IMG/VR virus record: IMGVR_UViG_3300043451_000039
Location: 128,001 to 174,396 of that record
Strand: one strand, 5' to 3'
Length of the DNA: 46,396 bases
From: a virus
Lineage: Duplodnaviria; Heunggongvirae; Uroviricota; Caudoviricetes
Position numbers and translations under genes: made by a program. Below, in pieces: positions 34,727-44,293 of this stretch. Below the pieces are notes generated by a model. The model did no database searches. It was not told the DNA's origin and saw nothing but the letters and a program-made list of their open reading frames with translations. Numbering within the stretch: position 1 is the first letter of the stretch; each line of letters begins with the position of its first letter.

Positions 34727-35907
34727 TATTTTCTTACCTTTAATAAGTTGGCTTTGGCGAACTCAGCACGATTTACTAATTTAGTTGGCTCATTCTTATG
34801 TTGAACAACGAAACCTTCTGGCTTCGATTTCTGTCCTTCGATATGATGCTCAAGACCACCTTCGTGTGTTTCTAAATGTTTTACTAATGTATTCTTTGCT
34901 TGATGCAACTCATTGTGCATATTCAACAGATTACCGTAGTGTTCTTTATTCTTTTCTACATGCTCAACATGGCTGGCACCTTCAGCCTTCTTCTTGGCTT
35001 GACCTGCTTCTGACTTTAATTTACCAGCTGCTTTATCAAAGTGTCCTTGAACATGTTTCTGGAAACCTTCAGCAGATGGCTTATCGCCAGTACGAACAGT
35101 TGAGTTAATATAAGTTGCTAGATGACCACCTTCGCCAGAATGGCTTGGGTGAACAGCTGAATACATTTTGCTACCATGAGTATCATGGATTTTCTTAGCA
35201 GCATCCATATGGCTCTGGAATTTCTTTTGAGCATCAGCAGGATAACTAATCTTGCTTGTGTCATGAGAAGCAGACTTTTGATACACGTCTGGATGTTGTT
35301 TGAAACCTTTGTCGCTTTCTAAAGGTTTAGCGTGCATAGAACCTAAGTCCTTGCCGTGATATTGAGTATGTGTAACAACACCAACATGTGAATCTTTTAC
35401 TTTCTTGGCTTCATCACCATGAGCAGTATAGGTAATAGTGTTTGGTGTGAAAGAAGCAGTACCTTTCTTTTCATCATGATGCACGTCAGTCTTAGAGTGC
35501 ATCAAGTCACCTTGGTAAACGCCAGTCTTTGGAGCAACCTTTGGTAAATGAGTAAGGGCAGCTTTTAGTTTATCAGCAAGACCTGGAGCATGACCATGGT
35601 GCTTGTCAATATCTTCATGAGAGTAATTAATCTTTGGGTTTTTATTGAACGCTGATTTAGAAGCAACGAAAAACTTTTTAGTTTCTGGATGGTGCCCGTA
35701 AACAACAGCAGGTGAACCATCATACTTCATAGAAAGACTACTATCAGATTTACCAGCCTTCATATGCTCGTGGGCTTGAGTAAGTGCACCATGAGCATGT
35801 TCGAAACCAGCTGAGCCATGCATCAATGGACGATCTTCAGCATGATGAATGTGCTTTAATTTAGCACCTTCGTCTTCTTCTCTTAAGTATGTTGCGAAAC
35901 TCTTCAT
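34726..35907 (-). CDS. RNA-ligase-like covalent nucleotidyltransferase (DUF6267-like)
   Basis: KYDG (motif I), YQGDL (III), PEGFV (IV), TKLV (V). Confidence 0.75.
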   Translation of the reverse strand: MKSFATYLREEDEGAKLKHIHHAEDRPLMHGSAGFEHAHGALTQAHEHMKAGKSDSSLSMKYDGSPAVVYGHHPETKKFFVASKSAFNKNPKINYSHEDIDKHHGHAPGLADKLKAALTHLPKVAPKTGVYQGDLMHSKTDVHHDEKKGTASFTPNTITYTAHGDEAKKVKDSHVGVVTHTQYHGKDLGSMHAKPLESDKGFKQHPDVYQKSASHDTSKISYPADAQKKFQSHMDAAKKIHDTHGSKMYSAVHPSHSGEGGHLATYINSTVRTGDKPSAEGFQKHVQGHFDKAAGKLKSEAGQAKKKAEGASHVEHVEKNKEHYGNLLNMHNELHQAKNTLVKHLETHEGGLEHHIEGQKSKPEGFVVQHKNEPTKLVNRAEFAKANLLKVRK

Positions 35908-35910
35908 TGT

Positions 35911-36357
35911 TTATCCAATGTTCTTTGCTGATGAACGTAACCACCAGCCATGCTTTTCGTGGGTATCAATTCTATCAGCGATAAAATTAGCAATACCTTG
36001 TTTATTATTTTTAGTAGCAATAGCGAATACTTTATTTAGGCTGTTGATCACTTCTTCGTTTGCAGAAAGAAGGCTACCTAGAATGTCTTTCAAAAGGATA
36101 ACTCTAGTTGTTTCTTCATCAAGTGTTTTATATTTAAACAATTGATCTAAACTCACTGGAGGGTAGTCACCAAGTTTACGAATGTTTTCCGCAATTGGAT
36201 CAATAGAATTATAAACATCTTCGTAAAGGTCACCAAAGAAATCATGGTACTGAGTAAACTCAACACCTTCGATATTCCAATGGAACTGATGTGCTTTATA
36301 ATACATTACTGTTGCATTTGCTTGGAGCACTTTTAGTGCCACTACTAATTCATCCAT
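35911..36357 (-). CDS. dps: Dps family mini-ferritin
   Basis: HWNI.G..F...H..F..LY......D..AE, HEK..W. Confidence 0.93.
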   Translation of the reverse strand: MDELVVALKVLQANATVMYYKAHQFHWNIEGVEFTQYHDFFGDLYEDVYNSIDPIAENIRKLGDYPPVSLDQLFKYKTLDEETTRVILLKDILGSLLSANEEVINSLNKVFAIATKNNKQGIANFIADRIDTHEKHGWWLRSSAKNIG

Positions 36358-36359
36358 GA

Positions 36360-37355
36360 TTACCCTTTAAATAGTGGATCGTATGGTTGCTGAAAATCAA
36401 TCACTGGTTGTGGCTGCTCAGCGTTTTTACCACCTGTTTTAAGTTTACTTTTAAAAGATTTTAACTTTTTCTTTTCTTCTTTAACTTCTTGCTTCTTTGG
36501 TTCTTCTTTTTTACCAGCAATTAGTTCAAGTTCTTTACGCATACGATCTCGGCTTGCATCACTTTTAGCACGCTCACGATCCCATGCACGCTGTAACTTA
36601 ACAGCAGCACTCATGCGTTTAGTTTCGTCAAGGTAGTTAACATTGTGAATCCACTTTGTTACTAACTTGTCTTCTTCATTTCTTAGTAATAGATGATTGG
36701 ATCCACGCTTCACAATTTCGTATACTTGTTCTTCTGACTCAACTATATCACCAACATTAAAGATCTCACCACGGAAATACTGTTCACGGAGTTCGTCTTT
36801 AACTAATTTAATTTCTTCTTTGATTGGCTCTAAGTTGAAGCCAAGTCTAACATCGTTCATCAATCTACGAGAATCAATCTCACGAACTGATGATGGTAAA
36901 TTCTTTTTAAACTCTTCGTATAAACCCTTAACAGCAAACTTACAGATACTGTCGTCGCTATCTGGATCAATATCACCAGCGGATACAACTGTGGCTTCCT
37001 TAAGACTTTTCTTCATGGAAGCCACTTTATCTGCGCTGACAACTACGATAACATTGCGATAGGTTTCTTTTAATTTAGATACCATCTCATTAATGTTATC
37101 CGAGTAACCAACAAAATTGGTGTTCGGAAATATCAGGTTCAGATACTGAAGTTTCTTTTCTACTACAAGAGGATTCTTTTTGGCGTCGCTTAGATCGGAC
37201 GCATAGATTACGTGGCTTGCATTCTTTTGCTCAGCCAGTTTTTTGACAGCCTTAATTTGAAGTTCGTGTCCGATAGTCGGAGGGTTAAACTTACCACAGG
37301 CTAGAACTACCGTTTTGCTCGGTAACTCTCTTATTAATTGTCTATAATCTTTCAT
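36360..37355 (-). CDS. second, degenerate HxGH nucleotidyltransferase-like protein
   Basis: GKFNPPTIGH, KKNPL; GSDR replaced by SADK; LRE.Y..G.IF.VGD domain. Confidence 0.75.
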   Translation of the reverse strand: MKDYRQLIRELPSKTVVLACGKFNPPTIGHELQIKAVKKLAEQKNASHVIYASDLSDAKKNPLVVEKKLQYLNLIFPNTNFVGYSDNINEMVSKLKETYRNVIVVVSADKVASMKKSLKEATVVSAGDIDPDSDDSICKFAVKGLYEEFKKNLPSSVREIDSRRLMNDVRLGFNLEPIKEEIKLVKDELREQYFRGEIFNVGDIVESEEQVYEIVKRGSNHLLLRNEEDKLVTKWIHNVNYLDETKRMSAAVKLQRAWDRERAKSDASRDRMRKELELIAGKKEEPKKQEVKEEKKKLKSFKSKLKTGGKNAEQPQPVIDFQQPYDPLFKG

Positions 37356-37389
37356 TTTAATCCATCAATTAAGTAGTGTTATATCTTAT

Positions 37390-38799
37390 TTAGTAAACTT
37401 TGTAGTGCACAGAGGAAAAAGCATTCATCTTCTTAGCAGCTAGATACATCTTCTTATAGATGTCTCCAGGGTTTTTGGCAGTCTCTAAAGCGTAAATATA
37501 GTATAACAGAACGACTGCTCTTCGAACTTCATAGTCGCTCATCTTATCATTAATCCCAGACACATTAACAAACTTAAACTTGTTGGCTTCTACGTATTTG
37601 GTGAATCCTTCGTATATCTTAATGTTAGACATAGATTTAATTTGCGCTCCAGCTGAAGCAGCTACTTTCTGAGCCTTCTTCATATCCGAAATAACATTCA
37701 ACATCCCAGGGAATTCCTCATTGAGCATATCTCTAGAGATGGCACCATCCCAAACTTTAGCAGTTTCTGGTTGCCCCTCACCATAGGTATTAAGTTCTCC
37801 AGAAGCACCACGTGGACGGAAACGGAAACGATATGTGATGGTTTCCTTAAATACCTTCATGCTCAATAGAAAGTCAAAGTAAGAATTGCTTACTTTGTAT
37901 TCAAACTTCTTTGCTGGTTTTTGGAACTCAATGCTCTTGATATACTTGGCATCAACTTCAATCTTTGAAATAGTAGCCTTTGGTCCAGCAACTTTCTTAA
38001 GAGAGATACCGATAATATCCTTAGAATCAAACTTCTCTTCAACGAACTTGTTTAAGTCTTCGATACCAGCTTTCTTTGCCAGCAGTTTCTTATGAAGTGC
38101 ATCAACAGCGAGACCAAGTTTTGCAGCATTTGTTTTTTTAACTGCCCAAATATCTGATGGGTTCCAGTTATCTTTGCTATCTGGAAGAACTTTGGCATCA
38201 GTGATTTGATTTAGAAACTCTGGCTTCTTTGGATTGCTATCACGGTAGAAGTCATACTGACCAATGGTGCTCTTTGGCATTACAGTCAGAACAGCATTAA
38301 CAGTTTTCTCGAATGAGTCATGCCAGTCTTTACCAAACTCAAATTTAACTGCTTTGTTGATTAGATCTTTTGCTGGGAATTTCTTATTAGTTGCGTAGTA
38401 TTCTAAACAGAACCTAGTTCCATCTTCTTGCTGAGCAGTTGAAGGTGTCTTAGCAGTGGTAGCATTACCTTCTTCATCGATAACATTCTGAAGGCGACCA
38501 CCTGATTTATAGAGGAAGAACTTATCTGCCCCAACCTCAACCAAATACTTCTTACCTTTTTGATCAGTCACCTTGGCAGTCTTAACTGTCTGAGCAGCAG
38601 CAACAACTACATCAAACGATTTCTCATCAGGCGCTGTTACTTTAATTAAGGCAGTGCCAGCTGGCATCTTTCCATCATCCGTTTCCAGATACATCATGCT
38701 ACTGTATGGAGTAAATTTGGAGATGACAGTCTTCAATGCTGGTTTCTTTTGAACCAACATATCAAATCCTGCTTTACCTTGGAAATATTGTTTTGCCAT
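37390..38799 (-). CDS. PD-(D/E)xK-like nuclease-fold protein
   Basis: TAQQE, WNPSDIW, IGISLKK. Confidence 0.6.
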   Translation of the reverse strand: MAKQYFQGKAGFDMLVQKKPALKTVISKFTPYSSMMYLETDDGKMPAGTALIKVTAPDEKSFDVVVAAAQTVKTAKVTDQKGKKYLVEVGADKFFLYKSGGRLQNVIDEEGNATTAKTPSTAQQEDGTRFCLEYYATNKKFPAKDLINKAVKFEFGKDWHDSFEKTVNAVLTVMPKSTIGQYDFYRDSNPKKPEFLNQITDAKVLPDSKDNWNPSDIWAVKKTNAAKLGLAVDALHKKLLAKKAGIEDLNKFVEEKFDSKDIIGISLKKVAGPKATISKIEVDAKYIKSIEFQKPAKKFEYKVSNSYFDFLLSMKVFKETITYRFRFRPRGASGELNTYGEGQPETAKVWDGAISRDMLNEEFPGMLNVISDMKKAQKVAASAGAQIKSMSNIKIYEGFTKYVEANKFKFVNVSGINDKMSDYEVRRAVVLLYYIYALETAKNPGDIYKKMYLAAKKMNAFSSVHYKVY

Positions 38800-38832
38800 A
38801 TGGATTAATTATACCTTAATCCATTATTTAGG

Positions 38833-39528
38833 TTACGTAAGCCTATTGTATTTACGTTCCCATTTAACAATTTGCTGCATAAGTTTTGGGATAGCAGCAT
38901 TGTTCTTAAAGTCATAGTCAAATGTTCTCAAGAAATAGTGAAGGGTTCTTGAATCTCTATGGCTTTTACAGCGATTCAGAAGAGTCTCAACATCCATGTT
39001 CGGACGTCTAGATTTAAAATCCATTAATACGCAGTGAGCGTATGCTTGAATCTCATCGAACTCAGAGAGGTATTTTCTCTCGTCATTCTTTCTTTTGCTG
39101 TGGGCTTTTTTATATGGAACTACATAGTGGCTCCATTGATCATCACGTCTATCATATTGCATGTAGTGGATGATCTCATGCTGAAGGCAGGTGATTAGTC
39201 TGAACTTGAAATTGTTCCAACTGTTATCAGAGAATGGAAACTTATCGAAGTAGTCAGTGAATATTATAAGACAGCATTGACGCTTCTCAATATCATATTC
39301 ACCTGCGATACTGACACCTCGTTTATATTTCTGAGCCTTAGAAGGTTCTTTGCGCCACTCAATCTTAGTGCGCCACTTCTTAACATAATTACCTAGTCCG
39401 ACAGAATCGTTTCGGTAATTATCTAAGTCTTTCCATATCTTTGCAGGGATGAACTTTGCTCGGAAAGGTACTGAATAAAAATTCAGTAATTCCATCCAGT
39501 CATAATTTGCGTTTTCTAGGTAATACAT
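38833..39528 (-). CDS. HExxH zincin-like metalloprotease
   Basis: QHEIIHYMQ, then Y...DEIQAYA. Confidence 0.7.
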   Translation of the reverse strand: MYYLENANYDWMELLNFYSVPFRAKFIPAKIWKDLDNYRNDSVGLGNYVKKWRTKIEWRKEPSKAQKYKRGVSIAGEYDIEKRQCCLIIFTDYFDKFPFSDNSWNNFKFRLITCLQHEIIHYMQYDRRDDQWSHYVVPYKKAHSKRKNDERKYLSEFDEIQAYAHCVLMDFKSRRPNMDVETLLNRCKSHRDSRTLHYFLRTFDYDFKNNAAIPKLMQQIVKWERKYNRLT

Positions 39529-39548
39529 ATTCCCTAGAAGATACTTGC

Positions 39549-40157
39549 TTAACTAAACTGCTTCTCCAAAAATGCAAGAACCTTCCCCTGCTCCTCTAAG
39601 TTAGTGTTTACAAACTCAGTAATATATGGCATAAGTTCAAAATTCGACATCAAGTTACTATATTTAGTTTCTCGCCCACGTAGGAATTGCTCCGACTGGT
39701 CTGATCCACGATCTTTATAGCGTTGTTCTAGGATATCTTTTGGAGCCTTTAGGAATACCACTACCAACTCGGTATTCTCTAGACCCATACAGAACTCTAG
39801 GAAAGATTGGTTGAAGACTCGGTCGCCTTCGAAAAGGATATTACAGTTATGAGTCTTAATCCATTCCTGTAGGTTTGGTTGGACTGCCATAGAAAGACGA
39901 TCCGTACCAGCAAAGGTTTCACCCTCTTCATATTTACCAAGGATGTATAGATCTCGCTCAGGATTATAGCTGGCTGAGACTAACTTGGCTGGCTCGGTTG
40001 AGATGAATGGTTTGTCTTCCATAAACTTACGGAACAAAGTAGTCTTACCAGTTCCAGGAGAACCACCAACTGCTACAATCTTTCTTGTCTTCATAGGGTT
40101 TGTTACCTTCTCTACTTTAATAGTGTCTTGTGCACCGACTCGCTCAACGAACGCCAT
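39549..40157 (-). CDS. P-loop nucleotide/DNA-base kinase
   Basis: GGSPGTGKT, GTDRLS, FEGDR; start trimmed to MAFVER. Confidence 0.8.
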   Translation of the reverse strand: MAFVERVGAQDTIKVEKVTNPMKTRKIVAVGGSPGTGKTTLFRKFMEDKPFISTEPAKLVSASYNPERDLYILGKYEEGETFAGTDRLSMAVQPNLQEWIKTHNCNILFEGDRVFNQSFLEFCMGLENTELVVVFLKAPKDILEQRYKDRGSDQSEQFLRGRETKYSNLMSNFELMPYITEFVNTNLEEQGKVLAFLEKQFS

Positions 40158-40542
40158 TCTTAATATCCTCAATAAGATTAATCAATTCTTCTTTAGTGAA
40201 TACCCAAGCACGACCACGGAAAGAGTGAGTGAATGTATCTTGCTCAAATTTCTTAGTGTAAGAGATTTTCTTAGTTACATCACGTGCTAGGTTCTTAGCC
40301 ATGTTTTCTTTAATGGCATCAGCGTAATCCACGTTCTGCTCTTTCAATTTAATAAGTTCTTGCTCTTGAACACGATGCTCAACAACAAACTCATTCAAAG
40401 CAAACTGATCAAGAATATCTTGAGTCTTTACTTTTTGTGCTTGACTAATACCAGCAGTATTAGAAGCAGTAGATACCGTGATGGTGCTATTGCTACCATC
40501 AAAACTTAAATTTCCTACTGGGGCTTGTGTAGCGACAGACAT
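40144..40542 (-). CDS. hypothetical protein
   Basis: Operonic ORF. Confidence 0.7.
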   Translation of the reverse strand: MSVATQAPVGNLSFDGSNSTITVSTASNTAGISQAQKVKTQDILDQFALNEFVVEHRVQEQELIKLKEQNVDYADAIKENMAKNLARDVTKKISYTKKFEQDTFTHSFRGRAWVFTKEELINLIEDIKNGVR

Positions 40543-41558
40543 TAAAAATTCTCCAATCCAATTAAAACAGGTTCTTCATCATCAAACATCCATTCAAGGT
40601 TTTCAAGTTTACCAGTATTAACAAAACTTGAAAACCTTTCTTTATCAATACCACGCTTATGGTCTAATCTTAAATCAATCGTTTCATTTCGAGCATCCCA
40701 AAGAACATCCCAATCAATACCATACCATCCATCATTCTCTGCTTTAATAATTTCTTCTGCCTGACGATCAAGGTAGTATCCAAGATAACGACCATGATGT
40801 TCACGAAAGATTTTCTTGAAAGAACATAGGCAGGTTTCCATAGTGAAGTAGTCAATTTGATTTGCTAGTTCTGGAAACCTTTCTCTCATTTCAATGATAA
40901 TCCCCCAGCTAACATTCTCAAGGTATGCATATTCCACTCGATTAAGTTTTCGATCATAATCGTCATCCTTGCCAATGGCCAAAAGTAATCCATTACGATG
41001 AGAACGGGAACCATCATAATCATCAAGCATGAGAGAACTAGGCTCAATCCTAATCCCAGCAGTGTGACGAAGATGCTGCATATAGAACCAAGTAGAATAC
41101 CTACCAAACTTGTGAAGGTTTCCTTTGAGTACGCTCCACAGAGCATCAAAGTTTTGTTTCTCATTGTCTCCGTAGTACGATTCGAGTGTTTCACGCTGAG
41201 TCCTGTTTCCAATAAATTTCTGATACGATTCAAACATTGTAGGTAAATGTCCTTTGTTCCACTTTGTATCAGTTTGATATCTCAATCTCTTATAGTTCGT
41301 AGCATTCCATTGAGTCATTCGATCAACAGTCGCCAATTCATAATCAGGAAACTCATTCATCAATACCCAAGCAGTAGGCAATTGATATGTGTTACCATAC
41401 AACCAACAAAGCCAAAGACGCTGTTCGTCATTATGCTCATATCGTTTGTTCAGATAGTTTGTAGCCCATACAGCTGGGTCACAATCATCATATTTTAACG
41501 ACCAAGCATACCATCGGATAAATGCCTCTCGTCGGTTTTGTTCTAATCTGTAATCCAT
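40542..41558 (-). CDS. alpha-glutamyl/putrescinyl thymine pyrophosphorylase (amino acid:DNA transferase), clade 2-like
   Basis: D.DP, FGRYS.W.Y, ETCLCSFKK, Y.GYY.DR; next to the P-loop kinase. Confidence 0.8.
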   Translation of the reverse strand: MDYRLEQNRREAFIRWYAWSLKYDDCDPAVWATNYLNKRYEHNDEQRLWLCWLYGNTYQLPTAWVLMNEFPDYELATVDRMTQWNATNYKRLRYQTDTKWNKGHLPTMFESYQKFIGNRTQRETLESYYGDNEKQNFDALWSVLKGNLHKFGRYSTWFYMQHLRHTAGIRIEPSSLMLDDYDGSRSHRNGLLLAIGKDDDYDRKLNRVEYAYLENVSWGIIIEMRERFPELANQIDYFTMETCLCSFKKIFREHHGRYLGYYLDRQAEEIIKAENDGWYGIDWDVLWDARNETIDLRLDHKRGIDKERFSSFVNTGKLENLEWMFDDEEPVLIGLENF

Positions 41559-41563
41559 ACTTT

Positions 41564-41592
41564 ATTATACTATAAATCGGAATGAAAGTAAA
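41564..41592 (-). promoter_or_regulatory. early-type promoter
   Basis: TTTACT-N17-TATAAT, 5 nt before the ATG. Confidence 0.75.
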
Positions 41593-41604
41593 GCGATTTT
41601 TGAC

Positions 41605-42156
41605 TCAAAAACCCTCTAAATTGACCCCTATTTGGCTGTTTGCAAGGTCGTAGAGGGTCGTACAGCCCCCCTTACCCTTTCGGTTGACCGCTTTGTTGAT
41701 AGTCGTGTCGGAGTAGTCGTAGTCGCCCTCTAAGAAGGTATCTCCCCCTATACGGAAGATAGATAGCTGGCAACCACTCTTTTGAGCACCCCAGAAGCGG
41801 AATCCTAGACGCTCGTAGAAGCCCACGGCAGACTTCTCAGAGGATACCCTGAAGTAAGTTGCCCCATTGGCTCTCGCTCGTTTTAGCGAGTCCTCGCAGA
41901 GTAATCGAGCCGAACCTTTACCCCTATGTTTTGCAAAGGTATGTAGCAACTGTAGATTGGCTACATGTGGTTTAGTCTTCGAGATTGTAGTAATGATTGC
42001 AGCAGTTAATTCGTTACCATCGAATGCGCCAATACAAGAATCCCATTGCTCTTGCATGTCTGCTTTAGCGACGAACGTCTTTGCGAAGTTATCTTCCTTG
42101 GCTTCAGATATTGCGGCAATGAATTCAGTTCGTGTACAGTTACGCAACTTCAACAT
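41605..42156 (-). CDS. GNAT acetyltransferase
   Basis: HRGKGSAR acetyl-CoA motif, AVGFYERLGF. Confidence 0.9.
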   Translation of the reverse strand: MLKLRNCTRTEFIAAISEAKEDNFAKTFVAKADMQEQWDSCIGAFDGNELTAAIITTISKTKPHVANLQLLHTFAKHRGKGSARLLCEDSLKRARANGATYFRVSSEKSAVGFYERLGFRFWGAQKSGCQLSIFRIGGDTFLEGDYDYSDTTINKAVNRKGKGGCTTLYDLANSQIGVNLEGF

Positions 42157-43015
42157 AGGTTCTTACTTTTTCGCCACGATCTTCTGGATGTTTAGTTTTC
42201 TCCCAACCAATAAACTGAGCCAAGTCCCACTGCATTGGAGGAAATTTATAGTTGTTTGTTGATATAAGTTCAACTACACTTGGTCCATCATTTAATGCTG
42301 CGTCAAGAAAGTCTTGAACAAAACGGAAACATGATTCGAGTTCAGTTCGATCTAATGTTCCACGGAACAGTCTAAACTCTACAGTATCAATATGCTTTAA
42401 AGCATACATGTTAATAGCGAAACGGAATGGGCGACCCATTGATACGCCATCTTTACCAGCAGCATGCATCTTGATGAATGAATCAAAGTCTGTTGCTAGG
42501 TTGATGATGTTATCTGACATGTAGTCAGGCATTGGGCGACCACCATCAAACTTCAAATACATCTTTGCGCCTTTGGCACCTTTCATTTGATTGTGCTCAA
42601 AGAAACCATAAACATGCTCAATAGCAGCAGCTTGATTCTCTTTGATGTATTTTGTTAGACGCTTGAGCGCATCAATATCATTACGTAGATTAGGGACACG
42701 ACAATGTATATGAGTGTGAGCAGTAACGCCAACAGTAGGTGGAGTTCCGTTATCTGAAAAGATTTTCTCAAGTTCAAAATATCTATCAACTTGTTCTTGC
42801 CATGTTCTAGTCGGTTTAGTGTTAATCTCCCCACCGACTGGAGGAGTTTCACCAAGTGGGTCAGCGCAGACATATTTGTAAGGGTCTCTTAGGTTAATAA
42901 TATCTCGTTCTGAATACTCCCAAGAACCGAGTTCTTCTGGAATTAAAAAAGGGCGAGGCACATCACCCCACTCTATTTCCATACCGTATGTAAATTTATC
43001 AGCTGGATAATTCAT
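42140..43015 (-). CDS. amidoligase (COOH-NH2 ligase, glutamine synthetase/GCS fold)
   Basis: TYGMEIE, GGEINT, HTHIH, AIN, TVEFR. Confidence 0.85.
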   Translation of the reverse strand: MNYPADKFTYGMEIEWGDVPRPFLIPEELGSWEYSERDIINLRDPYKYVCADPLGETPPVGGEINTKPTRTWQEQVDRYFELEKIFSDNGTPPTVGVTAHTHIHCRVPNLRNDIDALKRLTKYIKENQAAAIEHVYGFFEHNQMKGAKGAKMYLKFDGGRPMPDYMSDNIINLATDFDSFIKMHAAGKDGVSMGRPFRFAINMYALKHIDTVEFRLFRGTLDRTELESCFRFVQDFLDAALNDGPSVVELISTNNYKFPPMQWDLAQFIGWEKTKHPEDRGEKVRTYVEVA

Positions 43016-43697
43016 AATCTACTTTCTGTAAATCAGGTTTCTTTGTTTTGACAAGGTCAACATTCATTGTCATATTTGAATCGAATGTCAAGTAAGTGTT
43101 CATTGGAACTTCAACAGCTGGCATCTTAATACCTGCTCGTCTAGGAATATCCGCAGTAGAAGTAATTATAACTCCATTCACCAAAGAAGTCAAATATAAT
43201 GGACGCTTACCATTTCTGAAAACAAGAAGGTGTTTATCTTTAAGGGATAACTCACAAACTGCCATAGATGCGTCTGGGTACTCACCAAGAGCATTCGCAG
43301 AATGTAAAACTAATTCAGAATCATTCTTTGTTTCACAAGGATAATTAAATATCTTACCCCAGTTCTCTGGAAGTTCTTGAGTGATAACTCCATTGTGAAC
43401 AATAGAATGTGTTGCGCTTGTCAACGGCTGGTTATACAGTAGATCGCTAGTGCTATATCTACAATGACCAATGAGATAAAGAATGCCGTCATCGTTTACC
43501 ATCTCCTCTAAATTATCTAAATGAACAAATCTATCCGCAGGGACTGCTTCTTTAAATGTAACAATTGTATTACCTTTAATATAAGATAACCCAGTTGCGT
43601 GCATGCCTCGAATCTTTGATTGAAGGAACACATTACGGATGTTTTCAAAATCTTTGGAAGTTGGATTTTGAATCAACGCACCTATAACAGAACACAT
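42999..43697 (-). CDS. class II (Ntn) glutamine amidotransferase
   Basis: N-terminal Cys, RG..ATG, GHCRYST, NQP, HNG, DSE, RPL. Confidence 0.9.
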   Translation of the reverse strand: MCSVIGALIQNPTSKDFENIRNVFLQSKIRGMHATGLSYIKGNTIVTFKEAVPADRFVHLDNLEEMVNDDGILYLIGHCRYSTSDLLYNQPLTSATHSIVHNGVITQELPENWGKIFNYPCETKNDSELVLHSANALGEYPDASMAVCELSLKDKHLLVFRNGKRPLYLTSLVNGVIITSTADIPRRAGIKMPAVEVPMNTYLTFDSNMTMNVDLVKTKKPDLQKVDYELSS

Positions 43698-44293
43698 TAT
43701 TGTAACTCCAATTTAGTCAAACCATTTTCATCACCAATAATCCCAGTAAAGAATGTATTAAATGCTAACGAAATTCTTTCTTCTACTCCAGAATTAATAT
43801 CTACAGAATGTTCAAGTTGTGATGGGAACAACACAAGCATACCCTTTCTAATATTAACCTTATACTCTTTAGAGTTGAACGGATTGTGCGAACCAATTTC
43901 AAAAGAAATGTCACTATCTTTTTTTCTATAAAATTTTATGCTTGGTGGGATTTCTGGGCAGATATAATATACGCCACTAACAATGCTGTTATCGTGACTA
44001 TGTTTATGATGTGCTTGATTAGTAGCATTCCTATTTACCCACGATTGAGTGAACCTTAACCCCACTTTAGTTGACGGACATAAAATGTTATCAATATAAT
44101 TTTGTAGATGTGGTTTGATTCGTTCAGATAAATCTGGCAAAGAGTCAAGAACTTTGGTATCAAGACTATAAGAATTCCCAGAAACATTCATTGATGTTTC
44201 AAGAGAGTTTATAATTTGATATTCCTCTTGGCTCAAATTCCCAACCTCAGCAACATAGACTGGGGTTGGGAATAATGGCAGAATCTGAAACAT
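43697..44293 (-). CDS. 2OG-Fe(II) oxygenase (TIGR02466-like)
   Basis: LFPTP, SWVN, H.H, SGVYY, FPS.L.H.V, RISLAFN. Confidence 0.88.
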   Translation of the reverse strand: MFQILPLFPTPVYVAEVGNLSQEEYQIINSLETSMNVSGNSYSLDTKVLDSLPDLSERIKPHLQNYIDNILCPSTKVGLRFTQSWVNRNATNQAHHKHSHDNSIVSGVYYICPEIPPSIKFYRKKDSDISFEIGSHNPFNSKEYKVNIRKGMLVLFPSQLEHSVDINSGVEERISLAFNTFFTGIIGDENGLTKLELQ

